In this document: in pieces, positions 29,952 to 40,573 of the stretch
Layout of the letters: every line of letters begins with the position of its first letter
Numbering within the stretch: the stretch's first letter is position 1
NCBI GenBank assembly: GCA_964527425.1
Contig: CAZGOA010000001.1
Coordinates: 179,273-243,272, forward strand
Direction: 5' to 3'
DNA from: an uncultured Gammaproteobacteria bacterium
GTDB lineage: Bacteria; Patescibacteriota; Microgenomatia; UBA10105; UBA927
DNA: 64,000 nucleotides
The notes under the pieces: model-generated
Told to the model about the DNA's origin: nothing
The model's database searches: none
Seen by the model: only the letters and a program-made list of their open reading frames with translations
Translations under genes and position numbers: made by a program

Positions 29952-31178
29952 ATGTTTTTTTTACATTCACATCTCAATCATGTTCCCAAAGTTGCAAAAC
30001 TGATTCTATTTTTCATTACGGGATTACTGCTTGTTGTGGGAACAGGTATTCTATCTCTTCAGTTTTTTACACCTAATGTACAAACACAATCCGATGAACA
30101 ACCTAGACTTACTAACACAAGTAACCTACCTACTCCCGAGGCAACCATTCCCTACACAATCGAAACCGTTGCTGAAGGGTTAGAAGTTCCTTGGAGTATA
30201 GTATTTACGTCGAGAACTCGAATGCTTATAACGGAACGACCTGGGAGAATACGTGTTATCGAAAATGGTAAATTGCGACAGGATCCACTCATACAATTCT
30301 CAGAAGTATCATCAAAATCTGAAGAAGGGCATATGGGTCTTGTTAGAGATCCCTCGTATGAACAGAATCGTTATCTGTATACTTCTTTAGCATATGTAAA
30401 AAATAATGCTATTGTTGTAAAAATTCTCAGATTAATTGATAACCAGGATTCAATTACTGTAGATACAGTAATACTTGACGATATTCCAGCTGATACAAAT
30501 CACGCAGGTAATCGACTTCTATTTGGACCAGATGAAAAACTATATATAACAACTGGTGATGCTACTGAAAGAAACCTAGCACAAGATATGAATTCCCTTG
30601 CTGGTAAAATATTGCGTATTAATCCTGATGGATCAATACCAGAAGATAATCCATTTCCCAATTCTCCTATTTATAGTCTTGGACATCGAAACCCTCAAGG
30701 CATTGCGTTTCACCCTGAAACTGAAGAACTATATTCTACAGAACATGGCCCATCAGTATTTGATGGTCCACCAGGAGGTGATGAAGTTAATCACATACGA
30801 GCAGGTAACAATTATGGCTGGCCCCTTGTGTCACATGAGAAGAAACGAGAAGGAATGACTCATCCTTTGGTGGTATACACCCCCGCTGTTGCTCCTGCTT
30901 CACTCATGATTTATAGCGGTTCGCAATTGCCACAGTTTACCAATAATTTATTTTTTGGTGGACTTAGAGGTGCTGGTTTATACCGAGTTGTGTTAGATAC
31001 ACAAGATCCAGATACTGTTCTCTATAGAGAGAAAATGTCAGATATACAGATGGGACGAATTAGAGAAGTTATTGAGGGTCCAGACGGGTATATTTATTTT
31101 TCCACCAGTAATAGAGATGGCAGAGGTTCTCCTAAAAAAGGAGACGATAAAGTCTTAAGATTAGTACCGCAACAATAA
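29952..31178 (+). CDS. PQQ-dependent sugar (aldose/sorbosone) dehydrogenase
   Basis: LEVPWSI, ITERPGR, GPDEKLYITTGD, GHRNPQG, NYGWP; start uncertain. Confidence 0.88.
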   Translation: MFFLHSHLNHVPKVAKLILFFITGLLLVVGTGILSLQFFTPNVQTQSDEQPRLTNTSNLPTPEATIPYTIETVAEGLEVPWSIVFTSRTRMLITERPGRIRVIENGKLRQDPLIQFSEVSSKSEEGHMGLVRDPSYEQNRYLYTSLAYVKNNAIVVKILRLIDNQDSITVDTVILDDIPADTNHAGNRLLFGPDEKLYITTGDATERNLAQDMNSLAGKILRINPDGSIPEDNPFPNSPIYSLGHRNPQGIAFHPETEELYSTEHGPSVFDGPPGGDEVNHIRAGNNYGWPLVSHEKKREGMTHPLVVYTPAVAPASLMIYSGSQLPQFTNNLFFGGLRGAGLYRVVLDTQDPDTVLYREKMSDIQMGRIREVIEGPDGYIYFSTSNRDGRGSPKKGDDKVLRLVPQQ

Positions 31179-31233
31179 AGTTCCTTCGTTTGAGTTCTAG
31201 ATTAGAAATAACTATAGTACATTACTACTAGAT

Positions 31234-33813
31234 ATGGATCAGCAATTCACTACTCCCATGATGAAACAATACGAAGTAATAAAAAAAGATTACCAGGATT
31301 GTTTACTCTTTTATCGAATGGGTGACTTTTATGAGCTCTTTTTAGAAGATGCACATATTGGTTCGAAAGTACTAGATATCACGCTTACAAGTCGAGCGAA
31401 AGGAAAAGATGGAAGAATCCCAATGGCTGGTGTACCTTTTCATGCTGTTGATCCCTATCTGAATAAATTAGTAAAAGCGGGATATAAAGTCGCCATTTGT
31501 GAACAAATAAGTGAACCAAACAAGAAAGGCATTATTGAACGTGAAGTAGTTAGAGTGGTAACTCCTGGAACAATTCTTGATGAAAAAGCGCTCAATAGTA
31601 AAGAACATAATTTTATTGCCAGTTTAGTTATTGAAAAAGAATCGATTGCTATTGCTGCATGTGATATATCAACGGGCTATTTCATTGTGTTAGAAAGAAA
31701 CAGCAAATATCTTGAACAAACAATAAAAGACGAATTCGGCAGTTTACAACCAGCTGAATGTATTTTGCATGAACATGATTATCTCAACACAACGCTTCTT
31801 AAAATACTCAAACAGGAACGCTCATTAAATATTACTCATTTTAAAGAATGGGACACATACACAGAACAAGCTGAAAAGATGTTACTTAATCATTTCCATG
31901 TTTCGTCTCTATTGAGTTTTGGCATAAAAAAACAAGCAATAACAACTATTGCAGCCGCAGCTTTATTGGGTTACTTAATGGAAACGCAAAAAGATCAAAT
32001 AAATCATATTACATCTATACAAACCGTAGAAAAAAATGACCATCTGCAAATGGACAAGTCAACTGTTCAAAATCTTGAACTATTTAGTACATTACAGGAA
32101 CACGATACTACAGCAAGTTTAATTGGAGTCATGGATAAAACTAATACAGCAATGGGTGCCCGTTTATTACGTACCTGGATGAAAAAACCACTCGTTTCTA
32201 AAGAATTAATAATAAAACGCTACGATGCGGTTGATCATTTACTTTCTCATAAAGAATCTGCAAAACACATAGATACACTACTCAATGACATTACCGATAT
32301 TGAACGTTTACTTTCCCGTCTAACTGTTGGTCTTGGTAATGCGAGGGATATTGTAAACATTGCACATTCTTTACAACGCATTCATGAGGTTAAAACCTAT
32401 ATTGAAGCACATTGCGATAATAAACTATTGCTCAAACATGCAAAGGATATTGACCAATCAATAATAGACCTAGTAAATCTTGCAGTACAAACTCTCGTAA
32501 ATGAGCCGCCTATTACTGTGAGAGAAGGTGGTATGATTCGTCCTGGCGTCAATGACTCATTAGATGAACTACGACGTCATATTGGAGGTGGAAAAGAGTG
32601 GATTGCAAAACTTGAGATTACGGAAAGAGAAAGAACTTCTATTTCTTCCTTAAAAGTGAGATATAACAAAGTCTTTGGTTTTTATATTGAGATAAGTAAA
32701 GCAAATATGCATCTAGTTCCGGATAATTATATCCGCAAACAAACTCTCGTTAATGGTGAACGCTTCATCACTCCAGAATTAAAAGAATACGAGGAACTTA
32801 TTTTAACTGCACAAGAAAAGATATATACACTAGAATATCAATTATTCTCTTCACTTCTTTCTACGATACTAGATAAAACTGCAATGATACAAAAAGCTTG
32901 CACTGCTATAGCTACGATTGATTGTTTAATCAGTTTCGCAACGATTGCAAAAATGTATAGATATACAAGACCTACTATTCAGGAACGAGGGACTATTCAT
33001 ATAAAAGAAGGTAGACATCCTGTAGTTGAACGGTTACTGAATGATACACAGTTTGTTCCCAATTCCGTACTTCTTGATCCCTTACATCAACAATTATTAA
33101 TCATTACTGGACCAAACATGGCAGGTAAATCTGTTTTTATACGACAGGTTGCATTACTTGTCCTTATGGCACAAATGGGTTCTTTTATCCCAGCAGCAGA
33201 ATCAACCATCAGCATTACTGATAGACTTTTTGTTAGAAGCGGTGCTTCAGATGTAATAACCCAAGGACTATCAACCTTTATGGTTGAAATGCTTGAAACA
33301 GCATATATTCTCCATCATGCAACACCGAACAGTCTTATTGTCATGGATGAAATTGGAAGAGGTACAAGCACGTATGACGGAATCTCTATTGCTTGGGCAA
33401 TTGCTGAGTATATTATTACCCATAGTCAAACTCAATCAAAAACTTTGTTTGCAACCCATTATCATGAATTACAACAACTGGAAAAAGCCTATCCTACTAA
33501 AATTAAAAATTACCACATGTCAGTGATTCAGGAAGATAACAAACCAGTATTTCTCCATACACTACAGCCTGGTGGAGCATCAGCAAGTTTTGGAATTGCT
33601 GTTGCACAACTTGCTGGATTACCGAGTGAGGTTATTTTGAACGCTGAACGATTGTTGACTTCACTTGAAAAAAAACATGCCACTTCTCAAAATCATTCAA
33701 CAGATACTGACCTTTCTCCCGTTATTGAAGAAAAACTAAAATCCGTCGATTTATCCAACACAACACCCATGCAAGCATTACGAATACTTGAGGAGTTACA
33801 AAAAAAATTATAA
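31234..33813 (+). CDS. mutS: DNA mismatch repair protein MutS
   Basis: TPMMKQY, GDFYELF, TGPNMAGKS, DEIGRGTS. Confidence 0.97.
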   Translation: MDQQFTTPMMKQYEVIKKDYQDCLLFYRMGDFYELFLEDAHIGSKVLDITLTSRAKGKDGRIPMAGVPFHAVDPYLNKLVKAGYKVAICEQISEPNKKGIIEREVVRVVTPGTILDEKALNSKEHNFIASLVIEKESIAIAACDISTGYFIVLERNSKYLEQTIKDEFGSLQPAECILHEHDYLNTTLLKILKQERSLNITHFKEWDTYTEQAEKMLLNHFHVSSLLSFGIKKQAITTIAAAALLGYLMETQKDQINHITSIQTVEKNDHLQMDKSTVQNLELFSTLQEHDTTASLIGVMDKTNTAMGARLLRTWMKKPLVSKELIIKRYDAVDHLLSHKESAKHIDTLLNDITDIERLLSRLTVGLGNARDIVNIAHSLQRIHEVKTYIEAHCDNKLLLKHAKDIDQSIIDLVNLAVQTLVNEPPITVREGGMIRPGVNDSLDELRRHIGGGKEWIAKLEITERERTSISSLKVRYNKVFGFYIEISKANMHLVPDNYIRKQTLVNGERFITPELKEYEELILTAQEKIYTLEYQLFSSLLSTILDKTAMIQKACTAIATIDCLISFATIAKMYRYTRPTIQERGTIHIKEGRHPVVERLLNDTQFVPNSVLLDPLHQQLLIITGPNMAGKSVFIRQVALLVLMAQMGSFIPAAESTISITDRLFVRSGASDVITQGLSTFMVEMLETAYILHHATPNSLIVMDEIGRGTSTYDGISIAWAIAEYIITHSQTQSKTLFATHYHELQQLEKAYPTKIKNYHMSVIQEDNKPVFLHTLQPGGASASFGIAVAQLAGLPSEVILNAERLLTSLEKKHATSQNHSTDTDLSPVIEEKLKSVDLSNTTPMQALRILEELQKKL

Positions 33814-35516
33814 TGTCTCAAGAAACTACAATACTTCCATTGCCTTCTCATATTGTTTCACAAATCGCTGCAGGTGAAGTTATTGAACGCCCTTGTTTTG
33901 TTGTTAAGGAATTGATTGATAATTCCATAGATGCGCAAGCTAGTCTTGTTTCTATAGATTTACAAGAAAGTGGAATGCATTCGATCATTGTCACTGATAA
34001 TGGTGCTGGCATGAGTCGAGAAGATTTATTGGAAAGTTATAAACTGCATACAACGAGTAAAATTCACGACGAGCATCATTTACACCATATTAAAACGCTG
34101 GGCTTTCGAGGAGAAGCATTAGCAAGTATTGCTGCGGTAAGTACAATTACTATTGAAAGTAAGCGAGCACAAGATATTGCCGGTAATAAAATTCAATGTA
34201 TACCTGGCAAGCCCGTGATTATTACTACGTTAGGGATGCCTTCTGGTACACGCGTTATTGTTAACCAGTTGTTTTCTAACAAACCTGTAAGAAAAAAATT
34301 TATTACCAATAAAAAAATAGAGCTAAAAAAAATTATTGAAGTCGTTACAGGGTATGCATCCATGTACCCAGAAATATCTTTTATTCTCTCTCATGAGGGT
34401 CAAATCATTCATCAATTTGACCGAGTAGATTCATTATTACAACGTATTGAAGATATTTATGGGCTTTCAATCAGTTCTCACTTTATTCCATTTTCATTTA
34501 ATGAAGCACATATAGACATTAACGGATATATTAGCACTCCTCAACTTATTAGTTCTAATATTCCGTATCAAATTATAGGAGTAAATGGCAGACCAGTTAT
34601 AGATAAACTTATTACTTCAACTGTAAAAACAGGATATGGCTCGCTTATTGAACACAATGCAACTCCTTCTTTTGTATTGTTAATTCAGGTTTCTCCGGAA
34701 ATGATAGATGTAAACATACACCCTCGGAAAGAACGTGTAAAATTTGTACAAGAACAGACACTCCACGAATTATTATTGAAACACATCAAAACAGTACTTT
34801 CCTCTCAGTCACTCGTTTATCAAGGACTACCACACGTAATTAATGATGCTTACGAAGATCTGACCTATACTACACTTTCGAATCAACTTAAAAAAAGAGT
34901 GCTTCCCAAAAAAGCGGAACAACTTACTACTATTACTTTAGATCATCATTTATTACAAATTCATAATCTCTACATTGTAGCTCAAACTAATGAAGGGATG
35001 ACAATAATAGATCAACACGCAGCACATGAACGTATATTATATGAACAGTTTTATGCCCAATTTGTCAAACAACAACATGAAAAGGAAATACAGCAATTAG
35101 AGGAACCAATACTATTTGAATGTACGAATCAAGAAAGCATCCTTCTCAATACTTACATTGATCAACTAACTATGATGGGATTTGAAATTGACGAGTTTCA
35201 TACCAATACATTTAAAATCTCTACAATCCCTCGTTTGTTTGAAGGTCGCAATACAAAAGCATTACTACAAGAACTGTTACAAGAATTTACTCAAGACCTA
35301 TTTGCCCCTTCTATCGATACAGGATCTAAAAAACTTATTTCCTATTTATCCTGTCGATCAGCTGTAAAATCTGGAGATCCGCTGACACTAGAACAGATGA
35401 AAATGATAGTTTCTGAATTACAAAAAATTCCACATGCCGTAACTTGTCCGCATGGAAGACCATTACGATATATCGTTTCACTTACAGAACTTCATAAAAT
35501 ATTTAAGAGGAAATAA
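33813..35516 (+). CDS. mutL: DNA mismatch repair endonuclease MutL
   Basis: IAAGEVIERP, GFRGEAL, DQHAAHERI, CPHGRP. Confidence 0.96.
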   Translation: MSQETTILPLPSHIVSQIAAGEVIERPCFVVKELIDNSIDAQASLVSIDLQESGMHSIIVTDNGAGMSREDLLESYKLHTTSKIHDEHHLHHIKTLGFRGEALASIAAVSTITIESKRAQDIAGNKIQCIPGKPVIITTLGMPSGTRVIVNQLFSNKPVRKKFITNKKIELKKIIEVVTGYASMYPEISFILSHEGQIIHQFDRVDSLLQRIEDIYGLSISSHFIPFSFNEAHIDINGYISTPQLISSNIPYQIIGVNGRPVIDKLITSTVKTGYGSLIEHNATPSFVLLIQVSPEMIDVNIHPRKERVKFVQEQTLHELLLKHIKTVLSSQSLVYQGLPHVINDAYEDLTYTTLSNQLKKRVLPKKAEQLTTITLDHHLLQIHNLYIVAQTNEGMTIIDQHAAHERILYEQFYAQFVKQQHEKEIQQLEEPILFECTNQESILLNTYIDQLTMMGFEIDEFHTNTFKISTIPRLFEGRNTKALLQELLQEFTQDLFAPSIDTGSKKLISYLSCRSAVKSGDPLTLEQMKMIVSELQKIPHAVTCPHGRPLRYIVSLTELHKIFKRK

Positions 35517-36222
35517 GAGTATATTTTTTGTTCATATAAATTCTCTTCTTATATTCTGGTATTTTTTCAATTGCATATCTAAGTGCTGTTCTTGGCATTT
35601 TTCCTGCATTTGCATCTAAATATTGTTCGAGTATTTTTTGATCACATTTTTTGCCAATCTCCCGCAGCATCCACCCAACTGCTTTTTGGATTAGGTCATG
35701 TTTGTCGTATAACAATATATCTGCAATTTTTAATGCATCTACATGATCTCCATCCTTAATAAAGTGAAAGGTTGATAACATTGCAATTCTCCGTTTCCAG
35801 ATAGATGATGAATGCGCAAACTTGATTAACATTGATTTATCTTTATCAAAAAGATATCCACCTACAATAACTGGCGCTGATAAATCAACTAAATCCCAAT
35901 TATTAATTCTTTCTATATGTTTTATGTACCAGGTAAATATGTTTTCTTTTGTATTTATAGAAGAAGATTGAAACTGATCTATTGCAATGAGAAGTGCAAT
36001 ATGTCTTTCTTCATGGATGTTACTTTGAATAAGCAATGATAACTCTGAAAGAGATATTTTTTTATACTTTTTGGCTATAGCTCTGCATTGAGGTACTGTT
36101 AAACCAGCAAACTGATCGCCTTCTCCATATTCACCTTTTTTTGTTTTAAAAAAACGAGAAAGAATGACTGCTTTTTGTAAATTTTTTTCTTTTTGAACGT
36201 CTAGATGAAGTTGATTTAGCAT
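35503..36222 (-). CDS. DNA alkylation repair protein (AlkD-like)
   Basis: FFKTKKGEYGEGD, NNWDLVD, IQKAVGWMLRE. Confidence 0.9.
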   Translation of the reverse strand: MLNQLHLDVQKEKNLQKAVILSRFFKTKKGEYGEGDQFAGLTVPQCRAIAKKYKKISLSELSLLIQSNIHEERHIALLIAIDQFQSSSINTKENIFTWYIKHIERINNWDLVDLSAPVIVGGYLFDKDKSMLIKFAHSSSIWKRRIAMLSTFHFIKDGDHVDALKIADILLYDKHDLIQKAVGWMLREIGKKCDQKILEQYLDANAGKMPRTALRYAIEKIPEYKKRIYMNKKYTLISS

Positions 36223-36271
36223 AGTAACTGCAGTATTTTATGTATTACATTTTTTATATATAATCGCAATA

Positions 36272-36577
36272 ATGAAAGGCTTTCTAGAGTTTATTCGCGA
36301 AAAAGGTGTTATTGGACTTGCCATCGGTATTATGATGGGAGGGGCTGTAACTAAATTAATTACGTCATTAGTAAATGACGTAATTAATCCTATTTTAGGT
36401 CCAGTACTTGGTGCTGCAGGAAAACTTTCTGAAGCTATACTTGTTTTAGGTCCTATCAGCATTCGATGGGGTAGTTTTATAAATAGTGTTATTGATTTTG
36501 TAATAATCGCTTCGGTAGTATATTTTGGTGTAAAAATGTTAAAACTTGATAAGATAGATAAGAATAAAAAAGAGTAA
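36272..36577 (+). CDS. mscL: Large-conductance mechanosensitive channel
   Basis: FLEFIREKGVIGLAIG, SLVNDVINP, FINSVIDFVII. Confidence 0.88.
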   Translation: MKGFLEFIREKGVIGLAIGIMMGGAVTKLITSLVNDVINPILGPVLGAAGKLSEAILVLGPISIRWGSFINSVIDFVIIASVVYFGVKMLKLDKIDKNKKE

Positions 36578-36593
36578 CTAATTATGCGTAAGA

Positions 36594-36842
36594 TTATTTA
36601 GCTTTTTTTCCCCATTGCCATTTAGGAGTTTCTCCAGTTATGTAACAGATGGTTATTAATGTGCCTGTTAACAACAGTATACCGAGTAAAAATATACCAA
36701 TATCTTCTGGTTTGATAATAGGAAAAATATTCACAAGCAGCATTAATAGAACTAAATACACGATTAAAATACCCCATCCTTGCCATGTAGATGGATACCA
36801 TCCCCATCCATATTTTTTTCTTTTAAACCAGTATCGTTTCAT
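36594..36842 (-). CDS. Small conserved membrane protein
   Basis: MKRYWFKRKKYGWGWYPSTWQGW...2 TM...GETPKWQWG; start trimmed relative to the ORF track. Confidence 0.75.
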   Translation of the reverse strand: MKRYWFKRKKYGWGWYPSTWQGWGILIVYLVLLMLLVNIFPIIKPEDIGIFLLGILLLTGTLITICYITGETPKWQWGKKAK

Positions 36843-36883
36843 ATTATCTTGAAAAAAATGTTTAGTTCTATCATGATAACAGT

Positions 36884-37504
36884 ATGAAACAATATCTTGT
36901 AGAATGTATTGGAACCTTTTTTCTTGTGCTAACGATTGCATTAACGGGCAATCCAATTGCAATTGGTATCGTCTTAGCCAGTCTCGTTTACTGGGGTGGA
37001 TTTATATCCGGAGCTCATTATAATCCTGCTGTCACACTTACATTTTATTTACGCAAAAAAATGACTCAGACAGAAGCAACACGCTATATGCTCTCTCAAT
37101 TCGTTGGCAGTATTCTGGCTTGTATTGTAAGTACTATTGTTTTTATTAAACCAGTAAGCATTACTAGTTCTGCATCATGGACAGCAGCCTTTATTGCTGA
37201 AGGTTTATTTACATTTCTTTTATGCAGTGTCGTATTGCATGTTGCTGCTCATAAAAAAACACAAGGGAATCAATATTATGGCTTGGCTATTGGTGGGATT
37301 GTACTTGCAGGCGCATTTGCAGTAGGAGATATCTCTGGAGGTGCTTTTAATCCAGCAGTTGGGTTAGGACCACTTTTTACAAATGTCTTGCTCGGAAGAT
37401 CTCTTTTTGATCCATCGTTACTTTTCCTTTATATATTAGGTCCAGGAATCGGATCTTTGGGTGCATCGTGGTTGTTTGATTATCTTACTGATCAAAAAGA
37501 ATAA
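36884..37504 (+). CDS. Aquaporin (MIP family)
   Basis: SGAHYNPAVT and SGGAFNPAV. Confidence 0.92.
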   Translation: MKQYLVECIGTFFLVLTIALTGNPIAIGIVLASLVYWGGFISGAHYNPAVTLTFYLRKKMTQTEATRYMLSQFVGSILACIVSTIVFIKPVSITSSASWTAAFIAEGLFTFLLCSVVLHVAAHKKTQGNQYYGLAIGGIVLAGAFAVGDISGGAFNPAVGLGPLFTNVLLGRSLFDPSLLFLYILGPGIGSLGASWLFDYLTDQKE

Positions 37505-37656
37505 TGTTTCAATGTATATCAATATTGATCATTTATCTTCTTGACTGTTAACGTTAAGACGTCTACTATCCATAAAGATCTAAAGCGTTTAACTATGCAT
37601 TATTTTCACAATACTTTATTTTAAATTTTCTTTTAATATCTTATTAGATGGAGGAG

Positions 37657-37687
37657 AAAAGACACTCAAAGGAGTGTCTTTTTCTTT
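37657..37687. terminator. Bidirectional intrinsic terminator
   Basis: AAAAGACACTC-aaag-GAGTGTCTTTT. Confidence 0.75.
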
Positions 37688-37697
37688 ATGTTTTGGT

Positions 37698-38009
37698 CTA
37701 TCCTTGATTTTTTAAAAGTCTTTTAACTTCATTAAGTTCAAATTCTATTTGTTTTAGTTTTTGTAGCAATTCTTCTTTTGTTAGTGATGCTTTATCATCA
37801 AAATAAGATAAGGGTTTATGCACAATTAGACTTATTTTTTTTAAGATTGTTATTGGTGGACTTGTTCTTCCTACCTCATACGAACTTACCGCTTTATCCG
37901 TTACTTTAATATACCGAGCTAAATCCTTTTGTGATAAACCAATACTTTTCCTAGCAATTTTAATTTTATTGCCTAATGATTTCATAGATTGGCTAGTAGA
38001 TTTTTTCAT
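37698..38009 (-). CDS. XRE-family HTH regulator
   Basis: LGNKIKIARKSIGLSQKDLA...AVSSYEVGRTSP. Confidence 0.9.
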   Translation of the reverse strand: MKKSTSQSMKSLGNKIKIARKSIGLSQKDLARYIKVTDKAVSSYEVGRTSPPITILKKISLIVHKPLSYFDDKASLTKEELLQKLKQIEFELNEVKRLLKNQG

Positions 38010-38413
38010 AGATTAAAAAACTTATTCTCTTAATTTAAATATTTTTGCAATACGTAGAGCCTGTCTATACGTGCTTTTTATGCATTCATTATTGAATCTA
38101 ATACGAATCTTGTAAAACAGTATCAATTCCTTCCCAAATCATACAATATAACGCAAATTTCTTCATAAGACATTGCTTTTAGCTTAAGCACCATCTTTCA
38201 TTGATTTAGTGTTATTAGTAATTGTTATTAATCTATCTAATAGAATGTTCTAAGCTTAACTTTCGGAATTACTTAAAAGAAACCTTAACGATCATAAATT
38301 TTTTGTTTCTTCAGAATACTGCATTACCCATTATCTCGTGAATTGTAACAATCTTTTTTTAATCTTTCTTTAATCTTTGTTTACTACACTTAATTTGTTT
38401 TAGTTTATCAACT

Positions 38414-39079
38414 ATGACAACACTAAAAGAATTACCTAAAGTAAAAAGGCCAAGAGAACGATTAGAGTATCTTGGAGTGAGTAACCTTACTGAAATTGAA
38501 CTCATAGCATTACTCCTTGGTACAGGTACAAAGGGAGAACATGTTATAGAAAAATCTCGCAAATTGTTAAAACAGTTTTCTTTATTCGAACTTTCTAACT
38601 GTTCTTTTGAAGATATTATACGATCTACATGTGTTGGAAAAGTACAGGCAGGTAAACTTGTTGCTGCCATAGAAATTGGTAGAAGAATTTTTTCTCATAA
38701 AAAAAATCCAACACTACTTAACCCATATACAGTTTTACAAGAAGTTAAAGACTTACAATATAAATCACAAGAATATTTATTAGGGCTCTATTTAAATGCG
38801 CGGAATGAACTGCTTGAAAAACACATAATAGCTGTTGGAACTCTCAATAAAGCAATAATAGAACCTCGTGATATTTTGCATTATGCTCTAAAGATACCTG
38901 CATCCTACATTATTCTTGTGCATAATCATCCATCGGGTGATCCCACACCAAGTGAAGAAGATAAAAAATTAACCACTACGATTGTACAAGCCTGTAATTT
39001 GCTGGGAATTATGGTAGTAGATCATATTGTTGTAGCCTCAACGGGATATAGATCATTTCGGGAGGATAATCTCTTATAA
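38414..39079 (+). CDS. radC: RadC (JAB domain) protein
   Basis: RPRERL, LVHNHPSGDPTPSEED, DHIVV. Confidence 0.93.
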   Translation: MTTLKELPKVKRPRERLEYLGVSNLTEIELIALLLGTGTKGEHVIEKSRKLLKQFSLFELSNCSFEDIIRSTCVGKVQAGKLVAAIEIGRRIFSHKKNPTLLNPYTVLQEVKDLQYKSQEYLLGLYLNARNELLEKHIIAVGTLNKAIIEPRDILHYALKIPASYIILVHNHPSGDPTPSEEDKKLTTTIVQACNLLGIMVVDHIVVASTGYRSFREDNLL

Positions 39080-39553
39080 AATAGTTATGTTTTTTATCGT
39101 ATAGGTGACCTGACCTTTAGGAACAGTTACTTGAACAGAATCTCCGATCATTTTACCCATAAGAGCTTTTCCAATAGGAGAAATGTGAGAAATTGTTTTT
39201 TTGAGGGGATTAGATTCATACCCTCCTACTATAGTAAACTCCACTTCTTTTGTTCCGAAAAGGAGTGTAACTGTGCTTCCTACTTGTACACTATTGTTAC
39301 CTATAGGTTTTACAATTTTGGCTAATTTTATTAATCGTTCAATTCTTCTAATACGGCCATCGAGAAACGATAAACGAGCTCTTGCTGCCTTATAATATCC
39401 ATTTTCTGACAAATCTCCCATTTCTCTGCCTTTTCGCAGATGTTCTACAGCTTCGGGTCTTTCTTGAAGTAATTTTTTTTTCTCTTCTAACAACTCCTGA
39501 TACCCTGTTTGAGTAAAAATTATTCTCGGCTCTGGCACCCCTTGTTTTTTCAT
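39074..39553 (-). CDS. GreA/GreB family elongation factor (second paralog)
   Basis: MGDLSENGYY, ISHISPIGKALMGK. Confidence 0.9.
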   Translation of the reverse strand: MKKQGVPEPRIIFTQTGYQELLEEKKKLLQERPEAVEHLRKGREMGDLSENGYYKAARARLSFLDGRIRRIERLIKLAKIVKPIGNNSVQVGSTVTLLFGTKEVEFTIVGGYESNPLKKTISHISPIGKALMGKMIGDSVQVTVPKGQVTYTIKNITIL

Positions 39554-39561
39554 GATTGTAT

Positions 39562-40542
39562 TTAAGACTTGCTGTTATGTGCTGTAATGTGTTTTACAAT
39601 TGCCTTTTTCAGCTGCTCTATTTGTTTTTCATTGTATATTGAACAAACAAATACTGATGTTGATGTTGATGTAAATATTTTTTTTAATTCTTTTATCCTT
39701 TGGTCATTTACTAAATCAGATTTGTTAAGTACTATAATTTCTTGTTTTTCCAATAGTTTTTTGTTGTAAGAAGCAAACTCTGCTCGAACAATTGTGTAGG
39801 CCTTCAAAGGATCTGATTCTGTTACATCTATACAGTGAACAATGAGTTTTGTTTTTTCAATATGCTTAAGAAACGTAATACCTAAACCTCTCCCTTTTGA
39901 TGCCCCTTCAATTAATCCCGGGATATCTGCTATTGGATATGTATCAAGCATTCCAATATTAGGTTCTACAGTTGTAAAAGGATAATTACCTATTTTAGGG
40001 TTGGCGTGTGTTATGACTGATAACAAACTACTTTTTCCTGCATTTGGAAGTCCTATAAGTCCGACATCAGCGATAAGTTTTAATTCTAAATGAAGTGTCT
40101 TCTTTTCTCCCGGCTTTCCTTTTTCAGCATAAACTGGTGCACGATTTGTCGGGGTTGCAAACTCTACATTACCTCTCCCTCCTTTTCCACCTTTTGCTAC
40201 TAAGAATTGCTTGATTGTATCACGAATTTCAAATGTTCTTTGAGTCTCAATGTCAGTAACTACTGTTCCTAAGGGTAGAAGGATTGTTATATCTGGTGCA
40301 TTTTTTCCAAATAATTTTTTCCCTTTCCCATCTATTCCAGATTGACCCTCAATATGTTTTTTATATCGAAATTCTCTCAAATCATTTATGTGTGACGAAC
40401 CTTGAAAATAAATGCTTCCTCCTTCTCCCCCATTTCCACCATCTGGACCACCCTTTGAAGTCTGAGCGTCCCTTCGAAACGAAGAAGAACCATTTCCACC
40501 ATTTCCTGCTTGAATTTCTAAAGTAACTGTATCAATAAACAT
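39562..40542 (-). CDS. obgE: GTPase ObgE (no C-terminal extension)
   Basis: GGPDGGNGG, GLPNAGKSS, YPFTT, DIPGLIEGA. Confidence 0.95.
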   Translation of the reverse strand: MFIDTVTLEIQAGNGGNGSSSFRRDAQTSKGGPDGGNGGEGGSIYFQGSSHINDLREFRYKKHIEGQSGIDGKGKKLFGKNAPDITILLPLGTVVTDIETQRTFEIRDTIKQFLVAKGGKGGRGNVEFATPTNRAPVYAEKGKPGEKKTLHLELKLIADVGLIGLPNAGKSSLLSVITHANPKIGNYPFTTVEPNIGMLDTYPIADIPGLIEGASKGRGLGITFLKHIEKTKLIVHCIDVTESDPLKAYTIVRAEFASYNKKLLEKQEIIVLNKSDLVNDQRIKELKKIFTSTSTSVFVCSIYNEKQIEQLKKAIVKHITAHNSKS

Positions 40543-40573
40543 ACTACTATTTTAACACAAATTATAGGATATA

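Noticed and set aside
38414-39079. radC + XRE as a mobile element or prophage marker
   Set aside because: Full-length chromosomal-type RadC among housekeeping genes; no integrase or phage genes.
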